Below, in pieces: positions 10,277 through 22,338 of a DNA stretch of 64,000 nucleotides (positions are counted from its first letter, which is position 1; each line of letters begins with the position of its first letter). Location: the NCBI GenBank assembly GCA_965219415.1, contig CBDCNP010000002.1, forward strand, positions 4,704,001 through 4,768,000, in the 5' to 3' direction. The translations under genes were made by a program, and so were the position numbers. Source of the stretch: Candidatus Marinacidobacterales bacterium. Its GTDB lineage: Bacteria; Acidobacteriota; Vicinamibacteria; Marinacidobacterales; DATDRI01. A model generated the notes under the pieces. That model ran no database searches. It saw only the letters and a list, made by a program, of their open reading frames with translations, and was not told the origin of the DNA.

Positions 10277-10627
10277 TCACACCAGCGCCAGACTGCCTTC
10301 GTCTACCTCCACGTCGTATATGCCCAGCTGTCCCTTGACCGGAAATGGCTTCAGTGCCCGAACGTCACGTAGAATCCACGCGAACGCGCCAGCATAAATC
10401 GCGCATCGTGCTTTGATTTCATCGGATTTAGTCATTGGCCGACACTCGACGAGCTGCGCTACGGCGACCGCGCAGCCCGCAGGCGGAATGGCGGGGGTCT
10501 TCGACGACACGATCAACAGCGGGCCACGGTAGGCGGTCGGCCATTTGCGCGTCTCAATCGTCTTCTCTCCCGAGGCAATCATGTTCGCCCACGGCTGTTT
10601 CAGCGACAGGGCTTTGAGTCTCTGCAT
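10277..10627 (-). CDS. ASCH domain protein
   Basis: ALSLKQPWANMIASGEKTIETR, YRGPLLI, PVKGQLGIY. Confidence 0.9.
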   Translation of the reverse strand: MQRLKALSLKQPWANMIASGEKTIETRKWPTAYRGPLLIVSSKTPAIPPAGCAVAVAQLVECRPMTKSDEIKARCAIYAGAFAWILRDVRALKPFPVKGQLGIYDVEVDEGSLALV

Positions 10628-10723
10628 GCTGGTGCTATAGCTTCAGACGCCTTGGGACGGCACGCACTGGCCGATCTGCGTATTCGCGTTGCCATCCGCG
10701 ACGAGCGCCACGCGGGCCTGACC

Positions 10724-10822
10724 TGACCCCACGGTTGGTACCACGTTGTATCTCAGTTATTCGGTGCTGACAAGAGCTGGTTGAAGCCGGCGTAGCGGAG
10801 CCGGTTTCAACCAAATCGTTTC
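10724..10822. repeat. ~100-bp hairpin-containing repeat (TGACCCCACGG...AAATCGTTTC)
   Basis: Copies at 51970-52068 and, inverted, 59610-59708; internal stem GGTTGAAGCCGG...CCGGTTTCAACC. Confidence 0.8.
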
Positions 10823-10846
10823 CGGCGACGTTAGAATGGCTTCGTT

Positions 10847-11605
10847 ATGTCGAAGCTGTACTTTCGGACTCTATGGGCCGGCGTCGCGTCGCCCTTTGCG
10901 GCAGCGGGTCTTGGCCTGTTCGTCTATCGGAGCCTGACGCGTGCGAGCACCGACAGGGACGCCGACTTCGTCTTCCGTCTCTCCATAGTCGCGATCGCGA
11001 TGGCCTTGCCGGGCGTCATCACTCTCGTCCTCGCGCTCGCCGACCACCGCAAAGGAGCCTTCTCAACCGTGAGCAAGGTGGGCCTGATGCTCGGCATTCT
11101 GTCGCTCGGTCTCGTGTTCCTTCCGATTCGAGGCGTCGTCGAGCGCGCTACGCAGGCGCGGAACCTAGCGCTCAGTGACGTCGAGGCGCCGCCTTTCTCG
11201 ACGGCGGATATCCACGGCAACACGCATCGTCTCGACGAGCATGGAGGAAAGGTCGTGCTCGTAAACGTTTGGGCGACCTGGTGCCCGCCGTGCCGCAAGG
11301 AAATGCCGGACCTCGACAAGCTCTATCAGGAACGCAAGAAACAGGGATTCATGGTCTTCGGCCTCTCCATAGAGGACCTCGAAACGCAGCTCGACTTCGA
11401 AGAAAACGTCCTGTCGGTGAGCTACCCCCTCCTGACGATCGAGGGGGACGTCCCCGAGATTTATCAGACGACGGCGCGATACCCCGCCAACTACCTAATC
11501 GATCGCGAAGGACGGCTGCAACCCGCTCCGAGCACGGAGCAGCCTTTCGAGAATCTCGTCGTCGCCGTCGACGCGCTCCTGAAGCAGCAGATCAATCGTC
11601 GGTAG
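10847..11605 (+). CDS. Membrane-anchored TlpA family disulfide reductase
   Basis: Three hydrophobic segments, then GKVVLVNVWATWCPPCRKEMP. Confidence 0.9.
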   Translation: MSKLYFRTLWAGVASPFAAAGLGLFVYRSLTRASTDRDADFVFRLSIVAIAMALPGVITLVLALADHRKGAFSTVSKVGLMLGILSLGLVFLPIRGVVERATQARNLALSDVEAPPFSTADIHGNTHRLDEHGGKVVLVNVWATWCPPCRKEMPDLDKLYQERKKQGFMVFGLSIEDLETQLDFEENVLSVSYPLLTIEGDVPEIYQTTARYPANYLIDREGRLQPAPSTEQPFENLVVAVDALLKQQINRR

Positions 11606-11612
11606 CGACGGC

Positions 11613-11778
11613 GGTGCTTGCGCTGTTTGCTGTTGGTGATGTGTACGTATCCCTTTGCAAAAAAAGCGCTTATGCTTCATTTAGCGCGCGGCGAAGGTCG
11701 TGAGCGCTATTTGGGCTGTAATTTAATGCAGCGTAAAGTCTTAGCGTCATCTCACCAACACTTAATAGCGGAAGCACC
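11613..11778 (+). mobile_element. 166-bp IS1-related MITE
   Basis: Terminal IRs GGTGCTT...AAGCACC with inner TGTTGGTGA/TCACCAACA; partial inverted copies at 12955-13020 and 63032-63130. Confidence 0.85.
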
Positions 11779-11844
11779 CACAGGACGGGTTCGCGAACCT
11801 GCAATTGCGCTCGTCGAAACCCGCGGTCTACACTGCGCATCCAC

Positions 11845-12725
<881 letters not shown>

Positions 12726-13140
12726 ACCATGGCTGGGACGTCGTCCTGTGCCAAAACTCGGCCCTTTTGAAATAGGCCATAAATCAGCAGCTAGTGTCTG
12801 TGTTTGCGACCGGGCCAAGGGCTGTGGGCTTTACAATCGTCTGGCCCGAGGGTGTTATCTTCGGATCCACCATGACGTACCATGTGCAAATCCTACTGTT
12901 GGTCAGGCAGCCGTTGTTCGATCGGGCAGCCCTGCTGCCCACACAGACCTCATGGGTGCTTCCGCCATTAAGTGTTGGTAAAATGACGCTAAGACTTTAC
13001 GGTGCATTAAATTACAGCCATGGTCTTTCAAAAGGGCCGAGTTTTGGCACAGGACGCGGTCGAAACCGACGTTTACCGGGCACTGAGAAACCGCATCGGC
13101 CTTTTCGAATCCGTGGTCGGCCGCTTGCAGCCGATTCTGG

Positions 13141-13306
13141 GGTGCTTGCGCTGTTTACTGTTGGTGATGTGTACGCATCCCTTTGCAAAAGAGGCGCTTA
13201 CGCTCCATTTGGCGCGCAGCGAAGGTCACGAGCGCTATTTTGGCTGTAATTTAATGTACCCTAAAGTCTTAGCGTTATCTCACCAACACTTAATGGCGGA
13301 AGCACC
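13141..13306 (+). mobile_element. 166-bp IS1-related MITE
   Basis: Full copy; no target duplication. Confidence 0.85.
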
Positions 13307-13358
13307 AAAGATGGCAGCGAAGGCACGCTGGCAGAAGAAGTAGGCGCTCGGCTGTTCT

Positions 13359-14540
13359 TCAGTTCTTATTGCGAAAATGGATTACCGATTCCGACTTTTC
13401 TCCATCGACAAGCCTAAGTTTCATGTTTGGTCCCTCCATGGTCGTTATTGATCCAGGTGGTAGTCCAAAAAGCTCCTCTTGCAGACTGCACGGAAGGGGG
13501 ATTCGCTTGCGGAGGACGTTCGCTATTTTTGTCGGGCCGCCAAGGGCGTCGATTGCTTTAGCGATGAGTTGAGGTTGCTCGGGCGCCAGCTCATCGTCTA
13601 GGGGCTCACGACGCCTGTAACCACGCGCTCCGTAAAGACGCCAAAGTCTAGTATTGTATGCATCGTCGATGAGCCCGAGTTCTCGTAGGCGCATGAGCAT
13701 GGCCCCTATAGAAACACCCCACGTTGGTTTTAACGTCCTTAGGTAATCGAGACTTATCGCATCGACATCATCAAGGAAAGACTCTTCTGGCATTAGAAAT
13801 GCCCCTGCAAATTGAAAAGCCTGGGTTTCCACAAGCTTCAAAGTCTCTGGCTTCCTGAGAAGCGTAGGCGACATATGACGGTGCAGTATCTGATGGCCGA
13901 TCTCATGAGCGGTATCAAAACGTATTCTCGCTGCAACGTTTTTCTCTGTGTTCAAAAGAACAAACGGCCGCGCGGAACACTCAGGCCAGCGAGAGAAAGC
14001 ATCAAGAGCTTCAGACTCCATGAGAAATTGACTAACAACGAATCCCGCCGTCTCAGTGATCCGAACAAGGTTGCCAACCGGCCCATCTTCAATACTCCAG
14101 TGTTCGCGTAGGCTGGTCGCCGCAGACTCGATCATTTCACATGTTATTGACTGAGGGTCATCGGGCAAATCAAATTCTGGGATGTTCACCATGGGAAATT
14201 CGACAAGTTCCTCAAGAAAATCAACAGCCTCTCGCAACCAATCCGCGCGCAACTCGGCTTTGCGTCGGGCGCTCTTCGTCGCCGCGGAGAGCGATCGATA
14301 GAACGTGGGTGCGGTATCAGGTGTAGGCGGGGTACAGGAGAAAAAGCCGATTGGCATAGCCAACCGCAACGAGATTTGCTCAAGCAAATCGGCATCTGGT
14401 GCCAGTTCATCCTTTTCGTACTTAGAGAGCGTGTACCGGCTTATGTTTAGTATCTCAGCAAGTGAGATAATCGTTAGTCCACGCGCCTCGCGGGCTTGAC
14501 GTAAACGTTGTCCCTTGAAGCTGCTTAGGCCCTTGTGCAT
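13359..14540 (-). CDS. XRE-family HTH fused to an ImmA/IrrE metallopeptidase
   Basis: RLRQAREARGLT HTH; RFDTAHEIGH (HExxH); ETQAFQFAGAFLMP; 5' end abuts an IS. Confidence 0.9.
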   Translation of the reverse strand: MHKGLSSFKGQRLRQAREARGLTIISLAEILNISRYTLSKYEKDELAPDADLLEQISLRLAMPIGFFSCTPPTPDTAPTFYRSLSAATKSARRKAELRADWLREAVDFLEELVEFPMVNIPEFDLPDDPQSITCEMIESAATSLREHWSIEDGPVGNLVRITETAGFVVSQFLMESEALDAFSRWPECSARPFVLLNTEKNVAARIRFDTAHEIGHQILHRHMSPTLLRKPETLKLVETQAFQFAGAFLMPEESFLDDVDAISLDYLRTLKPTWGVSIGAMLMRLRELGLIDDAYNTRLWRLYGARGYRRREPLDDELAPEQPQLIAKAIDALGGPTKIANVLRKRIPLPCSLQEELFGLPPGSITTMEGPNMKLRLVDGEKSESVIHFRNKN

Positions 14541-15818
14541 CGTCAAAACTGCTCCGCCCACGAAATCAAGGACTTACGCTCCGCTTGAATTCCGGGCCGA
14601 AGACGGCGAAACTCCGCCGCTATGCTCAACGTTGTTGTCTTCCTCGTCTCACTTGGCGTCCGTGCCATTCGGGCGATGTGTCGGCGCCGCGCCGATCTGG
14701 TGTTGGAGAACGTCGCTTTGCGGCAGCAAGTGACGGCGCTGAAGAAAGAGCGCCCACGCCCACCGCTCGACGACACGGAACGGGCTTTCTGGGTTGCCCT
14801 TCGAGGTTCGTGGCCCGTGTGGGCGAGCCGCCTGCTCATCGTCCACGCGGACACCGTAGCCCGTTGGCATCGCGACCGATTCCGACGGTACTGGGCAAAT
14901 ATCTCGCAGCGCCGCCATCCCGGTCGGCCTCGGATTGATGCCGAGATTCGTCGCCTCGTCCGCACGATGGCGCAAGACGGCTGGGGGGCGCCACGCATCC
15001 ATGCTGAGCTCACCAAGCTCGGTTTCATCATCTCCGAGAGCACGGTGTCGCGATATCTGCCGCGGCATCCCGCGGAGCCCGACCAGCTGAAGCGATGGAT
15101 GGCTTTCTTGCGCAACCATAAAGACGATATCGCCGCCATGGATCTGTTCACCGTGCCCACCGCTTCGCTCCGGATGCTGTACGGCTTCTTCGTCATCGAG
15201 CACGGCCGTCGGCACATCGTTCACTTCAACGCCACGTTCCACCCGACGTCTGCTTGGGTTATTCAGCAACTACGCGAGGCGTTTCCCTACGACACCGCTC
15301 CGAAATATCTTATCTTCGATCGCGACTTCATCTTTAGCGCTGGGGTCATCGAGTTCATCAAAGCAACGGGCACAAAGCCCGTTCGCACTTCGTTTCGCAG
15401 CCCATGGCAAAACGGAACCGCGGAGCGGTGGGTCGGCAGCTGCCGTCGCGAGCTCCTTGAGCGCGTCGTGGTTCTCGGTGCATGTCATCTCATCCGGCTC
15501 GTGCGAGCTTACATCAGCTACTATCATGAGGACCGTTGCCACTTGGGGCTGAACAAGGACACACCGAGCTTGAGAACGGTAACGCACCGACCGTCTCCTA
15601 CGGCGAAAGTAGTCGCACTGCCGCGAGTCGGTGGACTGCACCATCGATACGAGTGGCGAGAGGCAGCCTGAGTCAGCTTGGTCGCTCGCGTTACTCGGCT
15701 GGTCGCCGAGAAGTTCGTCCTCAGCACCTTCCCTCGCGCGCTGACCACGCTCTCCAGCATGTGCTCGAGGGCGGTCCGGGCCTAGAGTCCAGTCCCGGAT
15801 TAATAATGATGATGGACA
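14534..15818 (+). mobile_element. IS481-like element, copy 3 (transposase 14622-15671)
   Basis: Near-identical to copy 1; intact 349-aa ORF. Confidence 0.9.
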
Positions 15819-15847
15819 GGCTTGACTAGAGGAGTCCAGATATGTTG

Positions 15848-17023
15848 CTACGCGGCTACGGGCAGTGGTTCAGGTGCGGAAGAGACCGGGTTGCGCGCCC
15901 CAGTGAGCAGGAAAACCTCGATCCGGAACCACAAAGGAATTGTCGTCGCCAAGAAGATGTCTCGAAAGGTGAGCCGTCGCGTGGTCAGACCGGCTTGCAT
16001 GGCGGGAGTTCGGATCTCACGTCCGAACTTCAGAGCTCCGTGCGGTCGGACGAAGTTGTAATAGCAACGGAGCAACTCCAGGTGCTCATCGAGCCTCTCC
16101 GTCGAGCGAGCGTGGGAAAGCGTTCGTCTCGAAAGGTATGCCGAGCTTCGCCGGATGGTCAGATTTAACCGCTCGATGAACGACGTGTTCAATGTCGAGG
16201 AGTCCTCGGAGTTATTGAGCGTGTCTTCGAATCGCCGCGGCTCCGTGCAGCGCTCTGCGTTCGACCTTGATGATACGATTGTTCCTGCGCGTTTTGAGGA
16301 CCTGGCCGTAGAGACACGCTGGCCCGAAGAAGCGACGGATGACCTTCTGGTAGAATTCGAATCCATCCGTGACGATCAGGGGAAGACGCTCGAAATTCAT
16401 CCGTCTCGAAAGGTCGCGAAACAGAGCGTGAGTGTTCCGGTAGCTTCGCCTTCCCGTCACCGTCGATGGCCAGAGCCGAGACCAGACTTCGATTGTAACG
16501 AAGACCCAACTCGGTGTCTTCTTGTTGCCCGCGAACGTGCGAATCTCGTCGGCTTGAAGCTCTTCGGCAGCGAAGCCAGCGATCCTTCTGTGATTGAATC
16601 GACGACACACTTGGGCTGCCTTCTCGAGCCAGCGGGCGACGGTGTTCCAGGCAATCCCTTTGATCCGGGAAATCGAGGAAATGCTGACACCCTCGACTCT
16701 GAGAGCGATGACCCCATCGAAAGTAGCTCTTCGATGTTGGAGACGGTAGTAGGGCGTGCCTTTCGTCGAGGAGAACGTCTTTCCGCACTCGCCGCACCGG
16801 TATCGACGGCGTTTCCCGGACCTGGTTCGGTAGAATCCGTGGCGAACGATGTTTCCCGGAACTGACTTTGCCCCGCAACGGACATGCGAGATTGAGACAT
16901 CCGCGATTCTTCACTTCGGCTCGGCCCTGACGATGAGAGAACTGTGTCTTCGGAATTCTGGTTCAAACTCTAGCACGCAGACCGGTTAGGGGCTGGCCGC
17001 CAACACTTAATTGCGGAAGCACC
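15848..17023 (-). mobile_element. IS1-family element with doubly frameshifted transposase
   Basis: Zn-finger RRYRCGECGKTF, LQADEIRTF, VTDG, TSFIERLN in different frames; end GGTGCTTCCGC at 17023. Confidence 0.8.
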
Positions 17024-17288
17024 CCAACACCAACTCGAAATGACCTTCGAGCACATGCCACACCGGCTTCCAATACACTCCGGTCGCTTCCATCGCTACA
17101 ATCGTGCAACCGCTCTGCCCCAGCCAATCCGCCATTTCCAGCAATTCGCTCGTGGCTGTACCGAACACACGCGTCTCGCGTACCACCTTCCGCTTCAACG
17201 CAACCCGCACGCAAGCCGTAATCGATTTCTGGTGGACGTCCAATCCGGCGCATCGCTTATGAACCACTCTCATCGCAGCCTCCTTCAC
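17024..17288 (-). pseudogene. IS110 family recombinase, N-terminal fragment
   Basis: CAGLDVHQK and VAMEATGVYWKPVW (DEDD RuvC-like start); truncated by the IS1 end. Confidence 0.9.
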
Positions 17289-17505
17289 GTCGCACCGGCG
17301 TGGAGCCCACGAACTTGTAATCTAATAGACGCGCTCAACAATCCCAGCTGGATAGAAAACGCAATTTGGGGTACGCGCAGGACTCCCAGCCAAACTTGAC
17401 AACGGGCTCAGTCGCACCAACGTTGAGCCGACCTCTGAGCCGGTGCCACCTACAGAGACTACCGCGTTTCATTCATTCGGGGTGGCCGTCAGGCCGTGAA
17501 AAACT
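17289..17505 (-). ncRNA. Putative IS110 bridge RNA / non-coding left end
   Basis: ~215-bp non-coding region directly upstream of the IS110 ORF, where IS110-group elements encode bridge RNA; contains a 10-nt match to the presumed junction. Confidence 0.55.
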
Positions 17506-17533
17506 TGACAGTACCATTAGCAAAGAAGATAAT
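17505..17533 (+). promoter_or_regulatory. Sigma70-type promoter of the TonB receptor gene
   Basis: TTGACA (17505-17510), 17-bp spacer, GATAAT (17528-17533); AGGAGG RBS before ATG 17586. Confidence 0.7.
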
Positions 17534-17585
17534 CCGAAGGTTTCTAGTGCTGACTAACACTGCCCCGAATATAAGGAGGACGAAC

Positions 17586-20537
17586 ATGAGATCGAAAGAT
17601 CATGCGATCTTGGGGACCACTTCTTTAGTCTTATTCCTATATTTGAGTCTTCTGGCGGTTCCAGCGTCCGCGCAGGTTGGAGAAACCAGTATCACCGGAA
17701 CGATCGCTGATGGGACTGGAGCTGTTCTACCGGGGGTGACCGTTACCGCAACCTTCGCGGCGATGAATGTCGTTCGCACCACGGTCTCCGGCGCCGATGG
17801 GAGGTATCGCTTTAACAATCTTCCGGTCGGCAGGTGGAGTTTCGACTTCACGCTGGATGGCTTCGACTCCACCAAGCTCGAGAACTTTGAGCTCAATGTG
17901 GGTCAAAGCCCTACGATCAACATCACGATGCAGGTGGCTGGAGTCGCGGAGACCATTACCGTGCAAGCCGAGACGCCGGTCATCGAGACGACTCGGTCCG
18001 AGCTCTCACACACGATCCAAGACATCCAGGTCGAGGAGCTCCCGCTCCTCGGCAGGAACTGGCTGGACCTCGCGGTTCTGGCAGCGGGCGTGAAGTCCGA
18101 TGGCGGCTCGGCGGACGACGCTCCCACTGCGGGCATCGGTGTGGGTCGCCAGGACAAGGTCCTCATCGATGGATCGGACGTCAACAACCGCTCCACACAC
18201 CGGACGGTCGACATCAAGCTTTCCAGGGAGTCCATCGCCGAGTTCGAGATCAAGACCAACCAGTTCGACGCCCAGCTCGGCCAGAGCGGCACGTCGGTGA
18301 CCCAGGCGGTCACGAAATCGGGAACCGATGCTTTCCACGGAAGCGGCTTTTACTACCGCCGCGACGGTGACTGGGCAGCCGCGGACTTCTTCACCGGGAC
18401 AAAGAACTCAGATTTCTCGAACACGCAGGTTGGCGGCACGATCGGTGGCCCGATTCTGGAGGGAAAAGCCTTCTTCTTCTTCAGCTACGAGTGGCAGGAC
18501 ACGCCGCAAACCTGCTCCTCCAATACAGGAATCGCCGGAATCGACTCGCAGGAGGTCGGCTGTGGGGACAATCGAAATCTCTGGTTCATCCGAGGCGACG
18601 TCACGATCAACGAGAACCACCGCACTGCGTTTCGCTACAACCGAACGACACGCATACAGCCTTTCGCCCGCACCGGCGGGAGCACGCCACCGGGCGGCGC
18701 GCTCGACTACGACTTCTCGTTCAACCGCTTCAACTGGTCCTTGAACTCGGTGTTCGGCGGCAACGTCGTGAACCGCTTCATCTACAACTACCTCGACACC
18801 AACCGCTTGTTCGGCAAGGTGGGCGACGAGATCATCGGCCCCTCGGTCAGCCCGAAGCTCACCACCGCCGGTCCGAGCCATCAGTTTCCGAGCGCCATCC
18901 TGGGTGGGACCCGAGGCGGTGGTTTCGAGAACCCCGACTATTGGTCCATCCGCGATGACGTCTCCACCTTCTTCGAGAAGGGCGGGGATCACAATCTGAA
19001 GTTCGGTGGCTATCTGGAGCGGGCGCAGCTACAGGGCTTCTTCCTCTTCCAGACCAACGGGGTCTACTTCTTCGACCAAGACCCGGCCAACATCCAAGAG
19101 TGTTGCAACTCCGTGAACTGGACGGAGTGGGATACCTCTCAGTTCCCGATCCCGCTTCGATACTCCGCCAACCTGGGTCAGCCCGAGATCTTGACCCCCC
19201 AAAACGTCTACTCGGCCTATGTCCAGGACGATTGGACCATGAACGAAAAGCTCACGCTGAACCTGGGGTTGCGATGGGACTTGGAGACCGGCTCTATGTT
19301 CAATGACGAGCCGGACCTCCTACTCCAAGAGCAGTTCGGTAACGACTTGAACAACTTCCAGCCGCGGCTCGGCGTCGCCTTCGACACCGGAGGGAACGGA
19401 AAAACGGTCGTTCGAGGCGGGCTCGGGAGGTTCCACTCACAGGCCTTCTTGAACATTGCGCTCTTCGTCCAGCGCTCCAATCGACCTCAAGAGATCAACG
19501 TCACCGTCACCAACGATGACATGGACCCCAGGTTCTACGAAGATCCTCTAGGCGGGCGAGGGTTCGAAGACTTCGCGGGCCAGATCGGATCGATTCCGTT
19601 CGACGTTTCTATTTTTGCCCCCGGCTCGGTGATCCCGAGCCTCTGGTCGTTCACCGGTGGCGTGGCGCACCAGATTACGCCTTCGATGGCTCTCGAGGTC
19701 GACTACATCCACCAGAGGACCGACGATCAGTACCGCTCGGTGGATACCAACCTCTTCCCGAATGCCAATGGCACCGGGAACCTCCCAGTCAACGACGGGT
19801 TCTTTCCCGAGCTCGGCGGTCACGTGACCGGTGTCGGGCGCCCGGACCCGCGCTGGGCGGTCGTCCGGAGCTTCGTGAACGAGGGCACCGCCCGCTACAA
19901 CGCCCTTTCGGTGTCTCTCCAGAAGCGATTCCAGAACAACTACTCCCTCGGCTTTACCTATCTGCTATCGAAGAACCAAGACAACTTCAACGATGTCTTC
20001 GACTATCCCAGTAATATGTTCGACCTCGCCGACGAGTACGGCACTTCGCTCCACGATCAGAGACACCGCATGACGGCGAACTGGGTGTGGGTATTGCCGT
20101 ACGAGTTCGTCTTCAGCGGCCTAATGTACACCGCGTCGGGAATCGCGAGGCCGACGGTGGCCAATGGACAGGATCTCTTCGGTATCGCTCCCGAGCAGCG
20201 CGGTCTGAGCCCGCGACCAACCTGTGGACTCGATCCGCAGTTCGACGGCGCGTGCAGTGTCCTGGGGATCGCCGATGGGACGCGCGTGCCTCGAAATGCG
20301 TTTCGTAGCGACAGCGTCTTCCGACTCGACGTCCGCCTCGGCTGGCGTGGTTACATCTCCGAAGGCGTCTTCGTCGAGCCGACCCTTGAGGTCTTCAACC
20401 TGTTCAACCGGCAAAACAACGACCCCCGCCGCTTCAACACGAACCTGGCGAGCGGCGGCTTTAGCGCACCTGGTCGATCGACCAACCTGCCCTACTTGCC
20501 GCGTACGCTTCAACTCGGTGTAATCCTGCGTTTCTAG
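17586..20537 (+). CDS. TonB-dependent receptor (Oar-like, carboxypeptidase-regulatory N-domain)
   Basis: Signal peptide, ITGTIADGTGAVLPGVTV, LPLLGRNW, TKSGT, YVQDDW, terminal Phe. Confidence 0.92.
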   Translation: MRSKDHAILGTTSLVLFLYLSLLAVPASAQVGETSITGTIADGTGAVLPGVTVTATFAAMNVVRTTVSGADGRYRFNNLPVGRWSFDFTLDGFDSTKLENFELNVGQSPTINITMQVAGVAETITVQAETPVIETTRSELSHTIQDIQVEELPLLGRNWLDLAVLAAGVKSDGGSADDAPTAGIGVGRQDKVLIDGSDVNNRSTHRTVDIKLSRESIAEFEIKTNQFDAQLGQSGTSVTQAVTKSGTDAFHGSGFYYRRDGDWAAADFFTGTKNSDFSNTQVGGTIGGPILEGKAFFFFSYEWQDTPQTCSSNTGIAGIDSQEVGCGDNRNLWFIRGDVTINENHRTAFRYNRTTRIQPFARTGGSTPPGGALDYDFSFNRFNWSLNSVFGGNVVNRFIYNYLDTNRLFGKVGDEIIGPSVSPKLTTAGPSHQFPSAILGGTRGGGFENPDYWSIRDDVSTFFEKGGDHNLKFGGYLERAQLQGFFLFQTNGVYFFDQDPANIQECCNSVNWTEWDTSQFPIPLRYSANLGQPEILTPQNVYSAYVQDDWTMNEKLTLNLGLRWDLETGSMFNDEPDLLLQEQFGNDLNNFQPRLGVAFDTGGNGKTVVRGGLGRFHSQAFLNIALFVQRSNRPQEINVTVTNDDMDPRFYEDPLGGRGFEDFAGQIGSIPFDVSIFAPGSVIPSLWSFTGGVAHQITPSMALEVDYIHQRTDDQYRSVDTNLFPNANGTGNLPVNDGFFPELGGHVTGVGRPDPRWAVVRSFVNEGTARYNALSVSLQKRFQNNYSLGFTYLLSKNQDNFNDVFDYPSNMFDLADEYGTSLHDQRHRMTANWVWVLPYEFVFSGLMYTASGIARPTVANGQDLFGIAPEQRGLSPRPTCGLDPQFDGACSVLGIADGTRVPRNAFRSDSVFRLDVRLGWRGYISEGVFVEPTLEVFNLFNRQNNDPRRFNTNLASGGFSAPGRSTNLPYLPRTLQLGVILRF

Positions 20538-20553
20538 GCCTCCGAAACGCGGG

Positions 20554-20582
20554 AAAAAAAGCCCCGGCCCTCACGGGCCGGG
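20554..20582. terminator. Intrinsic terminator hairpin, truncated on the right
   Basis: A7 tract, then CCCGGCCC-TCAC-GGGCCGGG; an IS end begins immediately after. Confidence 0.65.
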
Positions 20583-20965
20583 TGTGCCTTCTATTTATTC
20601 ATCTGCGCGCACCGAACTTGATTAGTCTCCGGTCTGCCGGCACCATGCCTGCATGATGTTGTCGTTTGTTCGCGCTCTCATCTCTGCCTTCAAGGCTCGT
20701 TGCGAGCTGGCTCTCGAGGATGTCGCTCTTCGGCAGCAGCTCGCCGTCCTCCACCGTTCGGTGAAACGGCCGCGGCTCTCGAATGTCGACCGCGAGTTTT
20801 GGGTGCTGTTGCGCAGAATCTGGACTGACTGGGAGAGTGTCCTCGTCATCGTGAAACCTGAGACGGTCGTCCGCTGGCACCGTCGGCGTAGGCCTGGACG
20901 ACCAGGCGTCGCTCTCGAAATACGTGGGCTGATACGGAACATGAGCAGGGCCAACCCCGTGGGAA
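20583..20965 (+). mobile_element. Left end and 5' remnant of a second rve-type IS (TGTGCCTTCTA end)
   Basis: ALRQQLAVL...VKPETVVRWHR; the same end occurs at 58966, 62801 and inverted at 58306. Confidence 0.75.
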
Positions 20966-20992
20966 ACGCTCGTACTTGCTGTCGTCGGAGGT

Positions 20993-22338
20993 TGTGCATC
21001 ATCAATATCCGTCCGCTCCTGAAATCAAGGATTTACGCACCGTTCACGCCTCGGCCAACGAGCGCATCTCCCGCTTGAGATCCCGGTCTTGAGACGGCAA
21101 ACTCTGCCGCCATGCTCCGTGTCCTCATCTTTCTCGTCTCACTCGGCGCCCGTGCGATCCGGGCGATGTGTCGGTGCCGAGCCGACCTCGTGATTGAAAA
21201 CCTGGCCCTGCGGCAGCAAGTTACGGCGTTGAAGAAGGAGCGCCCCCGGCCACCGCTCGAGGACACGGACCGAGCATTCTGGGTTGCGCTCCGAAGCTCG
21301 TGGCCAGCGTGGGCGAGCCGGCTCGTTATCGTGAACGCCGACACGGTCGCCCGGTGGAATCGAGATCGGTTCCGCCGATACTGGGCTCGGATCTCCCGTC
21401 CGCGCTATCCAGGTCGACCTCGGATTGATGCCGAGATTCGTCGTCTCGTCCGCACGATGGCCCAAGACGGCTGGGGTGCACCTCGTATCCACGCTGAGCT
21501 GACGAAGCTCGGATTCGTTGTCAGCGAGATGACGGTGTCGCGATACATGCCGCGCCGCCGAGCCGAACCCGACGAAGTGAAGCGATGGATTGCGTTCTTG
21601 CGGAACCACAAGGACGACATCGCCGCGATGGATCTGTTCGCCGTACCGACGGCGTCGCTACGGCTGCTGTACGGCTTCTTCGTCATCGAGCACGGCCGTC
21701 GCCATATCTCGCACTTCAACGCGACGTACAACCCCACGTCAGCGTGGGTGATTCAACAACTGCGCGAGGCGTTCCCATACGACACGGCACCACGATACTT
21801 GGTCTTTGACCGCGACGCGATTTTCAGCCCTGCAGTGGTGGAGTTCATCAGGGCCATGGGCACAAAGCCTGTTCGCATTTCTTATCGCAGCCCTTGGCAA
21901 AACGGTACCGCCGAACGCTGGATCGGAAACTGCCGCCGCGAGATGTTAGAGCGTGTAGTTGTCCTCAGTGAGCGGCATCTCGTCCGGCTCATGCGCTTGT
22001 ACATCAGCTACTACCACGAGGACCGTTGCCACTTAGGTCTCGACAAAGACACCCCGAACTCAAGACCCGTCACGCCCCGACCATCACCGACCGCAAAAGT
22101 CGTCGCGTTGCCGCGAGTGGGTGGGCTCCACCACCGCTACGAATGGCGCGACGCCGCCTGAGCCAGTTTAGTCGCTGCGCGTCGATTGCTGGGGTCCCTC
22201 GCGATTGTGTTGTCCAGCTCCGCGACCCATTGATCGCGTGATCTCGGCAAGTGCCCCCGCGCGCCGACCCGGGTTTCTTCGTTCGTCGTAGGGCCACCAG
22301 CGGTACCATTCCCGCTGGATCAATAATGATGAAGGACA
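20993..22338 (+). mobile_element. IS481-like element, diverged copy 4 (transposase 21112-22161)
   Basis: TGTGCATCATCA...TGATGAAGGACA ends; 349-aa paralogue. Confidence 0.88.

Noticed and set aside
17496-17585. Longer N-terminus for the TonB receptor
   Set aside because: The promoter, RBS and signal peptide all point to ATG 17586
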